Source: Gaiellaceae bacterium (lineage in GTDB: Bacteria; Actinomycetota; Thermoleophilia; Gaiellales; Gaiellaceae). From it: a stretch of 64,000 nucleotides of DNA. Below, in pieces: positions 1 to 8,420 of the stretch. The position numbers and the translations under genes are program-made. The stretch is taken from the NCBI GenBank assembly GCA_036259875.1, contig DATAAZ010000024.1, positions 7,997-71,996 of the forward strand, written 5' to 3'. Below the pieces are notes generated by a model that was not told where the DNA came from, did not search any database, and worked only from the letters and a program-made list of their open reading frames with translations. The first letter of the stretch is position 1, and each line of letters begins with the position of its first letter.

Positions 1-182
1 AGCGCGGCGCGGCCGGCGCCTTCACGTTCCAGCTCATTCTCGACGAGGGGGTCGACGAGTACGTGCTCCGCCCGACGGCGGAGGACGCCGACGTCCTCCT
101 CCAGCTGCTGCGCCGAAGCGACAGCGCGTCGTTCGACATCGACCGGAAGGTCCTCATCTTCAGCCGCCTTGCAATCGACTGA
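1..182 (+). CDS. 3' end of an unidentified protein-coding gene (partial, runs off the window start)
   Basis: Open frame from the window edge to TGA 180-182. Translation ...GAFTFQLILDEGVDEYVLRPTAEDADVLLQLLRRSDSASFDIDRKVLIFSRLAID is protein-like with G/C-rich third positions. Family not recognised. Confidence 0.45.
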   Translation, partial: RGAAGAFTFQLILDEGVDEYVLRPTAEDADVLLQLLRRSDSASFDIDRKVLIFSRLAID

Positions 183-214
183 ACCGGGCCGCCAGGGGTA
201 GATTCGAGCCGACG

Positions 215-1420
215 ATGGAGCAGCTGTATCCCCCGTCGATCACCGGGGTCGACTTCGCCGCGGGCGGGAGCGTCCTCGAGCATCGCTACGGCGAGAGCGA
301 CGCGTACACGCTCGGCGTCGAGGAGGAGTACATGCTCCTCGATCCAGAGACGTTTGACCTCGTACAGCACATCGACACGGTCCTGTCGCAGGTCCATGAC
401 GAGGAGTTCGTGGCCCGGATCGCGCCGGAGCTGATGCAGTCCGTGCTCGAGATCTCGACTCCCGTCTGTCACAACGCGGGCGACGTGGACAAGGAGCTTC
501 GCAAGCTGCGTGCATACGTCACCGACCTCGGCCGGAGGGAGAACTGCCGCGTCGGGTCGGCCGGGACGCACCCGTTCAGCCTTTTCGAGCGGCAGCGGAT
601 CACGGCGCGCGACCGGTACCGAGCGCTCGTCGACCAGCTGCAGTACGTCGCGCGGCGCGAGCTCATCTTCGGGATGCACGTCCACGTCGCCGTCGACGAC
701 CCCGAGAAGGCGATCAAGATCCTGAACGCGCTCCTCGTCCACCTCGGCGACCTGCTCGCGCTGACCGCGAACTCGCCCTTCTGGCGCGGCGAGCTGACGG
801 GGCTCGCGTCCACCCGCCAGATGGTTTTCGCGGCCTTCCCGCGCTCGGGCGTCCCGCCTCGGTTTCGCGACTACAGCGACTACGCGGCCGTCGTCGGCCA
901 GCTCGAAAAGACGGGCTGCATCGCGGACTACACGCACATCTGGTGGGACGTCCGGCCGCACCCGAAGTGGGGCACGATCGAGGTTCGCGTCATGGACGCC
1001 GTCACCCGAGTGGAGGACGCGGTCGCGATTGCGGCCTACATCCAGTCGCTCGTAAAGCACTACTCGGAGCGATACGAGGCGGGCCACGAGCTGCCGTCGT
1101 TCCACCGCATGCTCGTCACGGAGAACAAGTGGCTCGCGGGGCGCTACGGGCTCGCGGCGCCCGTCATGGACCTCATGACCGGCCGGCGTAACCGCGTCCC
1201 GGTCTCGCAGCTCATCCGCCGGACGCTTCGCGACGTCGAGCCGCACGCGCGCGAGCTCGGTTCCGAGCGCGAGCTCGAGGGGATTCGCGAGATCCTCGCG
1301 CACGGGAGCGGCGCCGACCGCCAGCGTCGCGTCTTCAACGCGAACCGGGACGTCGTCGAGGTCGTGCGCGAGATCGCCGACCTGACCGAGCGCGTCGAGG
1401 CGCCGCCCGTCGCCGCGTGA
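215..1420 (+). CDS. ybdK: carboxylate-amine ligase, YbdK / glutamate-cysteine ligase family 2 (GCS2)
   Basis: 401-aa ORF from ATG 215. Family hallmarks are TLGVEEEYMLLD near the N-terminus, FGMHVHV and RPHPKWGTIEVRVMD. Confidence 0.85.
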   Translation: MEQLYPPSITGVDFAAGGSVLEHRYGESDAYTLGVEEEYMLLDPETFDLVQHIDTVLSQVHDEEFVARIAPELMQSVLEISTPVCHNAGDVDKELRKLRAYVTDLGRRENCRVGSAGTHPFSLFERQRITARDRYRALVDQLQYVARRELIFGMHVHVAVDDPEKAIKILNALLVHLGDLLALTANSPFWRGELTGLASTRQMVFAAFPRSGVPPRFRDYSDYAAVVGQLEKTGCIADYTHIWWDVRPHPKWGTIEVRVMDAVTRVEDAVAIAAYIQSLVKHYSERYEAGHELPSFHRMLVTENKWLAGRYGLAAPVMDLMTGRRNRVPVSQLIRRTLRDVEPHARELGSERELEGIREILAHGSGADRQRRVFNANRDVVEVVREIADLTERVEAPPVAA

Positions 1421-1887
1421 TCGGCGTCGGCGAGCGGGCGCCGAACCCCCGGGTCTGGCTTGCTCCCCGTCGGCCCGTCCGCCTGCACGAGCTCGCGCCC
1501 GCCGGCGAGGCGATCGTCGTCCTCTTCTATCTCTTCGACTGGTCGAGCACCTGAACGGACGAGATGCTTCTCCTGCGTGACAGGAGAGAGGAGCTCGAGT
1601 CACTCGGGGTCAGCGCCTTCGGAGTCTCACGCGACAGCCCCTACTCGCACGTCGCGTGGCGCGAGGCGCTCGATCTCGACGTGCCGCTCCTCTCGGACTG
1701 GAACGCAGAAGCGGTGCGCAGCTTCGGGGTCGCCCACGAGTACCGAGGACTCGCCGAGGTCGCCGAGCGCTCGGCGTTTCTCCTCGACCGCGACCGCGTC
1801 GTCCGCTGGACGAGGCGCTACGACACCGACGAGGTGCCCGACTTGGATGAGCTCGTAGCGGCGGCGCGGCGGCTGGTTCCGGAGTAG
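1417..1887 (+). CDS. AhpE/BCP-type peroxiredoxin with in-frame UGA (candidate selenocysteine) at the peroxidatic position
   Basis: GTG 1417 overlaps the ybdK stop (GTGA). 45 sense codons follow, then TGA 1552-1554, then the 107-aa ORF 1564-1887 in the same frame. The joined 156-aa product resembles AhpE-like peroxiredoxins end to end: IGVGERAPNP, VVLFYLFDWSST-U-TDEMLLLRD (U where FFPLAFTGxC has Cys), PLLSDW, ERSAFLLDRD. Standard ORF calling recovers only the 3' part. Confidence 0.6.
1568..1588 (+). promoter_or_regulatory. candidate bacterial SECIS hairpin downstream of UGA 1552-1554
   Basis: tTCTCCTG-cgtga-CAGGAGAg forms 7 Watson-Crick pairs plus one G-U, with a 5-nt loop containing GU. The stem starts 13 nt after the UGA and the loop lies about 22 nt after it. 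This is within the range described for bacterial SECIS elements. Confidence 0.45.
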
Positions 1888-1942
1888 GCCGCCTCGGGTC
1901 GGGCCGGCCCCGGCGCGCCGTGCTTGAATCGACCCGGGATCG

Positions 1943-3532
1943 GTGGAGGTTTCTCACCACGATTCGCTCCTCCTGGTGGCCGTGCTCGCCGCGGCCGTCG
2001 CGATGCTCGCCGCCGCGCCGGCGCTTCGCGTTCCGTATCCGATCCTCCTCGTCATCGGCGGGCTCGCGATCGGGTTCGTCCCGGGAGTTCCGGATCTCGA
2101 GCTTGCACCCGACCTGGTCCTCGTCGCCTTCCTCCCGCCGCTCCTCTATTCGGCGGCGTTTTTCACGTCGCTTCGCGAGCTTCGCGCGAACGTCCGACCG
2201 ATCTCGTTGCTCGCCATCGGCCTCGTCCTCGCGACGACGGTGGGCGTCGCGGTGGTCGCGCACGCGCTCGTCGGCCTCTCGTGGCCGGCCGCGTTCGTGC
2301 TCGGGGCGATCGTCTCGCCGACCGACCCGATCGCCGCCACCTCGATCGCCCGGCGGCTCGGCATCCCGCGCCGGATCGTCTCGATCGTCGAAGGCGAGAG
2401 CCTGATCAACGACGGGACGGCGCTTGTCGCCTACCGGTTCGCGGTCGCCGCCGTCGTGACCGGCAGTTTCACGCTCTGGGAGGCCGGCCTGCGCTTTGCG
2501 GTGAACGTCGCCGGCGGGATCGCGATCGGCCTGGCCGTCGGGTACCTCGTGCGTCAGGCGCGGCGGCGCCTTGACAATCCGCCCGTCGAGATCACGATCT
2601 CGCTCGCGACCGGGTACTTCGCGTACGTCCCTGCCGAGGCCGCCGGGGTTTCGGGCGTTCTCGCCGCGGTGACGGTCGGCATTTACGTCGGGTGGTACGC
2701 GCCCGAGCTCAGCTCGCCGCAGCAGCGGCTCCAGGGATACGCCGTGTGGGAGATCGTGGTCTTCGTGCTGAACGCGCTCCTCTTCATGCTGATCGGCCTG
2801 CAGCTTCCGCTCGTCCTCGACGGCCTCGAGGCGACACCGACCTCGACGCTGATCGCCTACGCGGCCGCGGTGAGCGCGGCGGTGATCGCGATCCGGTTCC
2901 TCTGGGTCTTTCCGGCGACGTACGTGCCGCGCTGGCTCTTCCGGCGAGTGCGTGAGCGCGACCCGTCGCCGCCGTGGCAGTACCCGGCGGCCGTCTCGTG
3001 GATGGGGATGCGGGGCGCGGTCTCGCTCGCTGCCGCCCTCGCGCTGCCTCGGCTCACCGACGCCGGCGCCCCGTTTGAGGGGCGCAACCTGATCGTCTTC
3101 CTGACGTTTTCGGTCATCCTCGTGACGCTCGTGCTCCAGGGCCTCAGCCTCCCGCTCGTGATCCGCGCGCTCGGGCTCGAGGAGGACGAGCAGACGGCCA
3201 AGGAAGAGGCGAAGGCGCGGAAGTACGCGGCGCACGCGGCGATCGCGCGGCTCGAGAAGCTCGTCGACGAGGACTGGGTCAACGAGGACACCGCCGAGCG
3301 GCTGCGCGGCCTCTACGCGTTCCGGCGCTCGCGCTTCCAGGCACGGCTCGACGGAAGCGACGACCGAACGCTCGACGAGCGCTCGGCCGCCTACCAGCGT
3401 CTGCGTCGGGAGCTGCTCGAGGCGGAACGGCGCGCCGTCGTCGAGCTTCGACGCACGGGCCGCATCGACGACGAGGTCATGCACCGCATCGAGCGCGACC
3501 TCGACCTCGAGGACGTGCGGCTCGAGATCTGA
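1943..3532 (+). CDS. Na+/H+ antiporter (CPA1/NhaP type)
   Basis: 529-aa ORF from GTG 1943. Many hydrophobic segments are followed by a charged cytoplasmic tail. Motifs IVSPTDPIAA and VEGESLINDGTALV are typical of NhaP-type exchangers. Confidence 0.85.
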   Translation: MEVSHHDSLLLVAVLAAAVAMLAAAPALRVPYPILLVIGGLAIGFVPGVPDLELAPDLVLVAFLPPLLYSAAFFTSLRELRANVRPISLLAIGLVLATTVGVAVVAHALVGLSWPAAFVLGAIVSPTDPIAATSIARRLGIPRRIVSIVEGESLINDGTALVAYRFAVAAVVTGSFTLWEAGLRFAVNVAGGIAIGLAVGYLVRQARRRLDNPPVEITISLATGYFAYVPAEAAGVSGVLAAVTVGIYVGWYAPELSSPQQRLQGYAVWEIVVFVLNALLFMLIGLQLPLVLDGLEATPTSTLIAYAAAVSAAVIAIRFLWVFPATYVPRWLFRRVRERDPSPPWQYPAAVSWMGMRGAVSLAAALALPRLTDAGAPFEGRNLIVFLTFSVILVTLVLQGLSLPLVIRALGLEEDEQTAKEEAKARKYAAHAAIARLEKLVDEDWVNEDTAERLRGLYAFRRSRFQARLDGSDDRTLDERSAAYQRLRRELLEAERRAVVELRRTGRIDDEVMHRIERDLDLEDVRLEI

Positions 3533-3574
3533 CTCGCGGAGCCCACGCGCTCTACTCGCCGGCGTCGCGGGCCG

Positions 3575-4765
3575 CTACGCGGGCAGGCTTCCTGCGACCC
3601 CCTCGACGTACCAGTCCCAGCGCAGGATCGCGTCGAACGGCATTTCCTCGCCCTCCGGGACGCGCACCTTGCCCTTCGAGTCCTTGATCGGCCCGACGAA
3701 CGGGTTGAACGAGCCCTCCTTGAGGGCGGCGTACTTCTCGTCGAACTCGGCCCTAACGTCGTCCGGGACGGAGCTCCCGAGCGGCGCGAGCTCGACGGTG
3801 CCGTCCTCCGGCGTTCCCCAGAAGTCGTGCGTCTTCCAGGTGCCCTCCATCGCCTTCGTCACCTGCTCGACGTAGTACGGCCCCCAGTTCCAGACGACCG
3901 CGGTCAGGAAGGCGTCCGGCCCGAAGCGGCTCATGTCCGAGTTCCATGTGGCGGAGTACACGTTCTCGTGCTTGGCCGCTTCCTCGAGGATGGCGGGGCT
4001 GTCCTCGACCCCGGAGAGCACGTCGGCGCCGGCGTCGATCAGCGAGCGCGCCGCCTGCGTCTCCTTCGGCGGGTCGTACCACGTGTTGATCAGTACGGCT
4101 CTCGTGGTTGCGTTCGGGTTGACACTGCGTGCCCCGAGCGTGAACGCGTTCGCGTCGACGACCACGTCGGGAATCGGGAACGAGCCGACGAAGCCGAGGC
4201 GGTTGCTGCGGGTCATCCGCCCCGCGACGAGACCGATCAGGTACATGGCGCCCCAGTGGACGCCGTAGTACGTGGCGACATTTTCGGCGCGCTTGTAGCC
4301 CGAGCAGTGCTCGAAGATCACGTCCGGGTGCTGCGTTGCACGCTGGAGGACGGCGTCGCCATAGCCGAAGCTCGTTGCGAAGATGACCTCGTTCCCCTGC
4401 GCGATCAACTGGTCGAGCGCGGGCCCCGCGTTCGCCTCGGGGACGTTCTCGATCGCGGTCGTCTCGATGTTCGGAAGCTTCTCCTCGAGGTACTTGCGCC
4501 CTTCGTCGTGCTGGAACGTCCAGCCGGCATCGCCGGGCGGGCCGAGGTAGACGAAGCCGACCTTCATCCGCCTCTCGGCGCCTGCGTCCTCGCGATCCGT
4601 TTCGCCGGCCTCTTCCTCGTCGCCGCCGCACGCTGCGAGGAGCGCGCCGAGCGTTGGCAGCGACAGCCCAAGCGCCGCTCCCCGCCTCAGAAGCTCCTGG
4701 CGGCTGACCGCCCCCTCGCGCACCGCGCGGCGAAGCTCGGCCGCGTCCCTGTCACGACTGTCCAT
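3575..4765 (-). CDS. BMP-family (PnrA-like) ABC transporter substrate-binding protein
   Basis: ATG 4765 is preceded by GGAAGGAGAAG. A Tat-like signal (SRQELLRRGAALGLSLP...LAAC) precedes the BMP body (KVGFVYLGPPGDAGW, FATSFGYGD, NTWYDPP). The longer 673-aa raw ORF has an Arg/Asp-rich shadow N-terminus. Confidence 0.88.
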   Translation of the reverse strand: MDSRDRDAAELRRAVREGAVSRQELLRRGAALGLSLPTLGALLAACGGDEEEAGETDREDAGAERRMKVGFVYLGPPGDAGWTFQHDEGRKYLEEKLPNIETTAIENVPEANAGPALDQLIAQGNEVIFATSFGYGDAVLQRATQHPDVIFEHCSGYKRAENVATYYGVHWGAMYLIGLVAGRMTRSNRLGFVGSFPIPDVVVDANAFTLGARSVNPNATTRAVLINTWYDPPKETQAARSLIDAGADVLSGVEDSPAILEEAAKHENVYSATWNSDMSRFGPDAFLTAVVWNWGPYYVEQVTKAMEGTWKTHDFWGTPEDGTVELAPLGSSVPDDVRAEFDEKYAALKEGSFNPFVGPIKDSKGKVRVPEGEEMPFDAILRWDWYVEGVAGSLPA

Positions 4766-4846
4766 CACTTCTCCTTCCCCCGACTCGATCGCGACGACGC
4801 GCGACCATATACTCGGCCGCCCCCCAATGGAACCTCGCTTCCGGAG

Positions 4847-6649
4847 ATGCTCGACGTCGAGCTTCTGACCGCCGGCCTCGGCGAGAACACGGCCGATCTC
4901 GTCGTCGCGAACGGACGGCTCGTGAACGTCCTGACGGAGGAGATCTACCCGGCCGACGTCGCCGTCGCGGGGTCGAAGGTACTCGCCGTCGGCGACGTCG
5001 AGCGCTACCGCGGTCCGGAGACGGAGATGGTCGATGCGGCCGGCGCCTACCTTGTGCCGGGCCTCGTGGACGGCCACATCCACATCGAGTGCAGCAAACT
5101 CTCGGTGACGATGTTCGCGAGGGCGGTCGTCCCCTTTGGGACGACGAGCGCGGTGTCGGGCCTCGACCAGATCCTCGTGGTCGCCGGCCTGGAGGGCCTG
5201 CGCGAGTTTCTCGAGGAGGCGAAGGCGGGGCCGCTCAAGGTCTTCTGGGGCGCGCCGTTCAAGACGCCGTACACGCTCCCCGAATCGACGGTCGGGCACA
5301 CGTTCGGCCCCCGAGAGCACGAGGCGGCACAGCGTTGGCCTGAGTGCGTAGGTGTCTGGGAGACGGTGCAGGAGTTCGTGCTCGCGCAGGACCCGGATGT
5401 CCTCGCCGCGCTCGCGCTGGCGACCGAGAATCGTCTCCCCGTGCTCGGGTGCGCTCCCATGGCGCGCGGGGAGCGGATCGTGGCGCTCGCGGCGGCCGGC
5501 GTCCGTGCCGACCACGAGTCGTACTCGGCCGAGGAGACGCTCGAAAAGCTTCGAAACGGCATGCACGTGATGATCCGTGAGTCGTCGGTCGCGCACTTCC
5601 TTGCCGAGAACGTCCGCGTCGTCACCGAGAGCGGCGCGAGCGCGCGCCGGATCGCCTTTTGCACCGACGACGTCACGGCGTCGGACGTCCTACGCGACGG
5701 TCACCTCGACCGCCTCATCCGGATGGCGATCGAGGCGGGCGTCAAGCCGATGGACGCGATCCAGATGGCCACGCTCAACTGCGCCGAGATTTACCGCGTC
5801 GACGACCGCGTAGGCGCCATCGCGCCCGGCCGCTTCGCGGACATCCTCCTCGTCGACGATCTGGAGCACTTTCGTGTCGACGCCGTGATCGCGAACGGAC
5901 GCCCGGTCGCGCGCGGGGAACGGATGACCGCTTCCTTCGAGCCGCCCTCACGCGGCCCCTCGCTCCTGCGGACGTTCCGCCTGGACGAGGTCGTGCCCTC
6001 CGACCTCGCCGTGCGCGTCGACCCGGCTGCCCGCGCCGTCCGCGTCCTCGCGATGCGCATGGATGAGGAGGTTCCGTTCGTCCGCAAGCGGCGGGACGTC
6101 GTGCTCGCTGCGCGGGGCGGCGTCGTTCCGCCCGACCGGGAGCAGGACGCGCTCTACGTCACCGTCGTGGAACGCTACGGGAAGACGGGCCACCGCCCGG
6201 TCGCGTTCGTCTCCGGCTTCGGCCTGCGAGCGGGCGCGATGGCGTCCTCGGCCGCGCCCGACGACAACAACGTCGTCTGCGTCGGCGTGAACCCCGACGA
6301 CATGGCGCTCGCCGTCAACGAGATCGTGCGCGCCGGCGGCGGCCAGATCGTCGTCTGCGACGGAGAGGTCGTCGCGTTCCTCGCCCTGCCGGTCGGCGGC
6401 ATCGTCGCCGACCTCGACCCGGCTCGCATGGCGGCGGAGGAGACGCGCCTCGACGATGCCGCGCGCTCGCTTGGCTGCCGCCTTCCCTCCCCGTTCATGT
6501 ACCTCATGTTCCTCGCCATCACCGCGATCCCCGACTACGCGATCACGGACCTCGGCCTCGTCGACTGCGTCACGCTCGACGTCGTGAGCCCCATCCTCGG
6601 CCTCGTCGACGACGCAGCCGCGTCGCCGCCACCCGCGCCAGTGGTATAG
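4847..6649 (+). CDS. adenine deaminase-family amidohydrolase, divergent paralogue
   Basis: ATG 4847 lies in frame within the 940-aa raw ORF. ADLVVANGRLVNV...AGAYLVPGLVDGHIHIE is the Ade N-terminal/HxH region, and the DHES, CTDD and IAPGRFADILLV blocks are present. Several positions that ade2 shares with characterised Ade enzymes differ here. Confidence 0.8.
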   Translation: MLDVELLTAGLGENTADLVVANGRLVNVLTEEIYPADVAVAGSKVLAVGDVERYRGPETEMVDAAGAYLVPGLVDGHIHIECSKLSVTMFARAVVPFGTTSAVSGLDQILVVAGLEGLREFLEEAKAGPLKVFWGAPFKTPYTLPESTVGHTFGPREHEAAQRWPECVGVWETVQEFVLAQDPDVLAALALATENRLPVLGCAPMARGERIVALAAAGVRADHESYSAEETLEKLRNGMHVMIRESSVAHFLAENVRVVTESGASARRIAFCTDDVTASDVLRDGHLDRLIRMAIEAGVKPMDAIQMATLNCAEIYRVDDRVGAIAPGRFADILLVDDLEHFRVDAVIANGRPVARGERMTASFEPPSRGPSLLRTFRLDEVVPSDLAVRVDPAARAVRVLAMRMDEEVPFVRKRRDVVLAARGGVVPPDREQDALYVTVVERYGKTGHRPVAFVSGFGLRAGAMASSAAPDDNNVVCVGVNPDDMALAVNEIVRAGGGQIVVCDGEVVAFLALPVGGIVADLDPARMAAEETRLDDAARSLGCRLPSPFMYLMFLAITAIPDYAITDLGLVDCVTLDVVSPILGLVDDAAASPPPAPVV

Positions 6650-6656
6650 ACGGCTC

Positions 6657-8420
6657 GTGCTCCGAACGCGGCTTTCGGAGATCACGCGCTCGCTGAGCGA
6701 CGTGTGCATGGGGCGCGAGCCGGCCGACGTCGTGATCACGCGCGGCCGACTCGTCAACGTCCACACGCGCGAAGTGCAGGACGGCGTCGAGGTCGCGCTG
6801 AAGCACGGACGCGTCGCGATGTTCGGCGACGCCTCGCACACGCGCGGCCCGGATACGGAGACGATCGACGCCGACGGGGCATACCTCGTCCCCGGCCTCA
6901 TCGACACGCACCTGCACGTCGAGTCGGCGATGGTGACGGTGACACGGTTCGCCGAGGCCGTTCTCCCGCACGGGACGACGAGCGTCCTCATCGACAACCA
7001 CGAGATCGCGAACGTGTTCGGGCTCGAGGGGATCCGCTGGATGCTCGAGGAGGGATCGCGCCTCCCGCTGAAGGTCTTCCTCGCCGTCCCCTCGTGCGTT
7101 CCCGCGCTCCCGGGCTTCGAGGACGCGGGCGCCGTCATCGGCCCCGAAGAGATCCGGACCGCGCTCGCGTGGCCGGGTGTCGGCGCGCTCGGCGAGATGA
7201 TGAACATGCCGGGTGTGATCAACTCCGACCCGGCGGTGCACGAGGAGGTCGCTGCGGCGCTCGACGCCGGCTACCCGGCAACCGGTCACTGGAGCCTGGC
7301 CGGGTGGCGCGACCACCGCCTCCACGCGTACGCGTCCGCCGGGATCGACTCCGACCACGAGACCGTCGAGAAGGAGGACGGCCTCGCGAAGCTTCGGGCC
7401 GGCATGTGGCTTCAGCTCCGCGAGGGGTCCGCCTGGCACGACGTCGCTACGCTCGCGCCCCTGATCAACGAGGACGGGGTCGACCCTCGCCACTGCCTGC
7501 TCGTCACCGACGATGTCCACCCGGAGACCCTCGCCTCCGTCGGCCACATGAATCACGTCGTCCGAACCGCGATCGACGCGGGCATCGACCCACTGATCGC
7601 GATCCAGCTTGCGACGGTGAATCCGGCCGAGTACATGGGGATGCGCCACGACGTCGGTTCCATCGCGCCCGGGCGCGTCGCGGACATCCTGTTCGTGGAG
7701 GACCTCCGGGCGATGCGGCCGCACCTCGTCCTCGCCGACGGCGCTCCGGTCGGCGAGCTACCCCGCTACGAATACCCGCCGGCCGCGCGCGAATCGGTTC
7801 GGCTACCGCCGGCGCTCGCGCCAAGCGACCTTCGCGTCGAGGCGAGCGGCGAGACGGCGCGCGTGCGCGCGATCGGAATGGTGCCGGGCGTGCTCGCGAC
7901 CGAGCATCGCATCGTGGAGGCCCCGGTTTTGGACTCCGAGGTGCGGGCCGTCCCGGAGCTCGACCTCGCGAAAGCGGCAAGCATCGAGCGCCACGGCGGG
8001 CCCGGGACGATCGGCCTCGGGTTCGTCCAGGGGCTCGGGTTGGCGCGCGGCGCCGTCGCGACGACGGTCGCGCACGACAACCACAACCTGCTCGTCATCG
8101 GGATGAGCGACGCGGAGATGCTCTTCGCCGTCGAGCGGCTCCGCAGATCGGGCGGAGGCATGGTCGCCGTGGCCGACGACGACGTGCTCGCCCAGGTCGA
8201 GCTTCCGATCGCGGGACTCATGTCCGATCGTCACGTCGCCGAGGTCGCTGAGCAGGTGCGCGCGCTCGACCGAGCGTACAAAGAGCTCGGCTGCGCGCTT
8301 GAGTACCCGTTCATGTTCGTCTCGCTGCTCTCGCTCGGCGTCATCCCGGCGCTCCGCCTCACGAACCGCGGCTTCGTCGACGGGCTCAAGTTCGAGCTCG
8401 TTCCCCCGCTCGCCCAGTGA
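6657..8420 (+). CDS. ade: adenine deaminase
   Basis: 587-aa ORF from GTG 6657. Motifs GREPADVVITRGRLVNV, GLIDTHLHVES, LPHGTTSVLIDNHEIANV, LGEMMNMPGV, DHET and IAPGRVADILFV match AdeC-type adenine deaminases. Confidence 0.88.
   Translation: MLRTRLSEITRSLSDVCMGREPADVVITRGRLVNVHTREVQDGVEVALKHGRVAMFGDASHTRGPDTETIDADGAYLVPGLIDTHLHVESAMVTVTRFAEAVLPHGTTSVLIDNHEIANVFGLEGIRWMLEEGSRLPLKVFLAVPSCVPALPGFEDAGAVIGPEEIRTALAWPGVGALGEMMNMPGVINSDPAVHEEVAAALDAGYPATGHWSLAGWRDHRLHAYASAGIDSDHETVEKEDGLAKLRAGMWLQLREGSAWHDVATLAPLINEDGVDPRHCLLVTDDVHPETLASVGHMNHVVRTAIDAGIDPLIAIQLATVNPAEYMGMRHDVGSIAPGRVADILFVEDLRAMRPHLVLADGAPVGELPRYEYPPAARESVRLPPALAPSDLRVEASGETARVRAIGMVPGVLATEHRIVEAPVLDSEVRAVPELDLAKAASIERHGGPGTIGLGFVQGLGLARGAVATTVAHDNHNLLVIGMSDAEMLFAVERLRRSGGGMVAVADDDVLAQVELPIAGLMSDRHVAEVAEQVRALDRAYKELGCALEYPFMFVSLLSLGVIPALRLTNRGFVDGLKFELVPPLAQ

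Noticed and set aside
1610-3484. 624-aa minus-strand ORF, very rich in Arg/Asp/Glu/Pro
   Set aside because: It is antisense to the well-supported Na+/H+ antiporter gene. Its composition and lack of any recognisable motif are typical of shadow ORFs in high-GC DNA.
4766-5596. N-terminal 276-aa extension of the BMP gene ORF (raw ORF 3575-5596)
   Set aside because: The extension is antisense to ade1 and Arg/Asp-rich. ATG 4765 has a strong SD (GGAAGGAGAAG) and is followed by a proper signal peptide.
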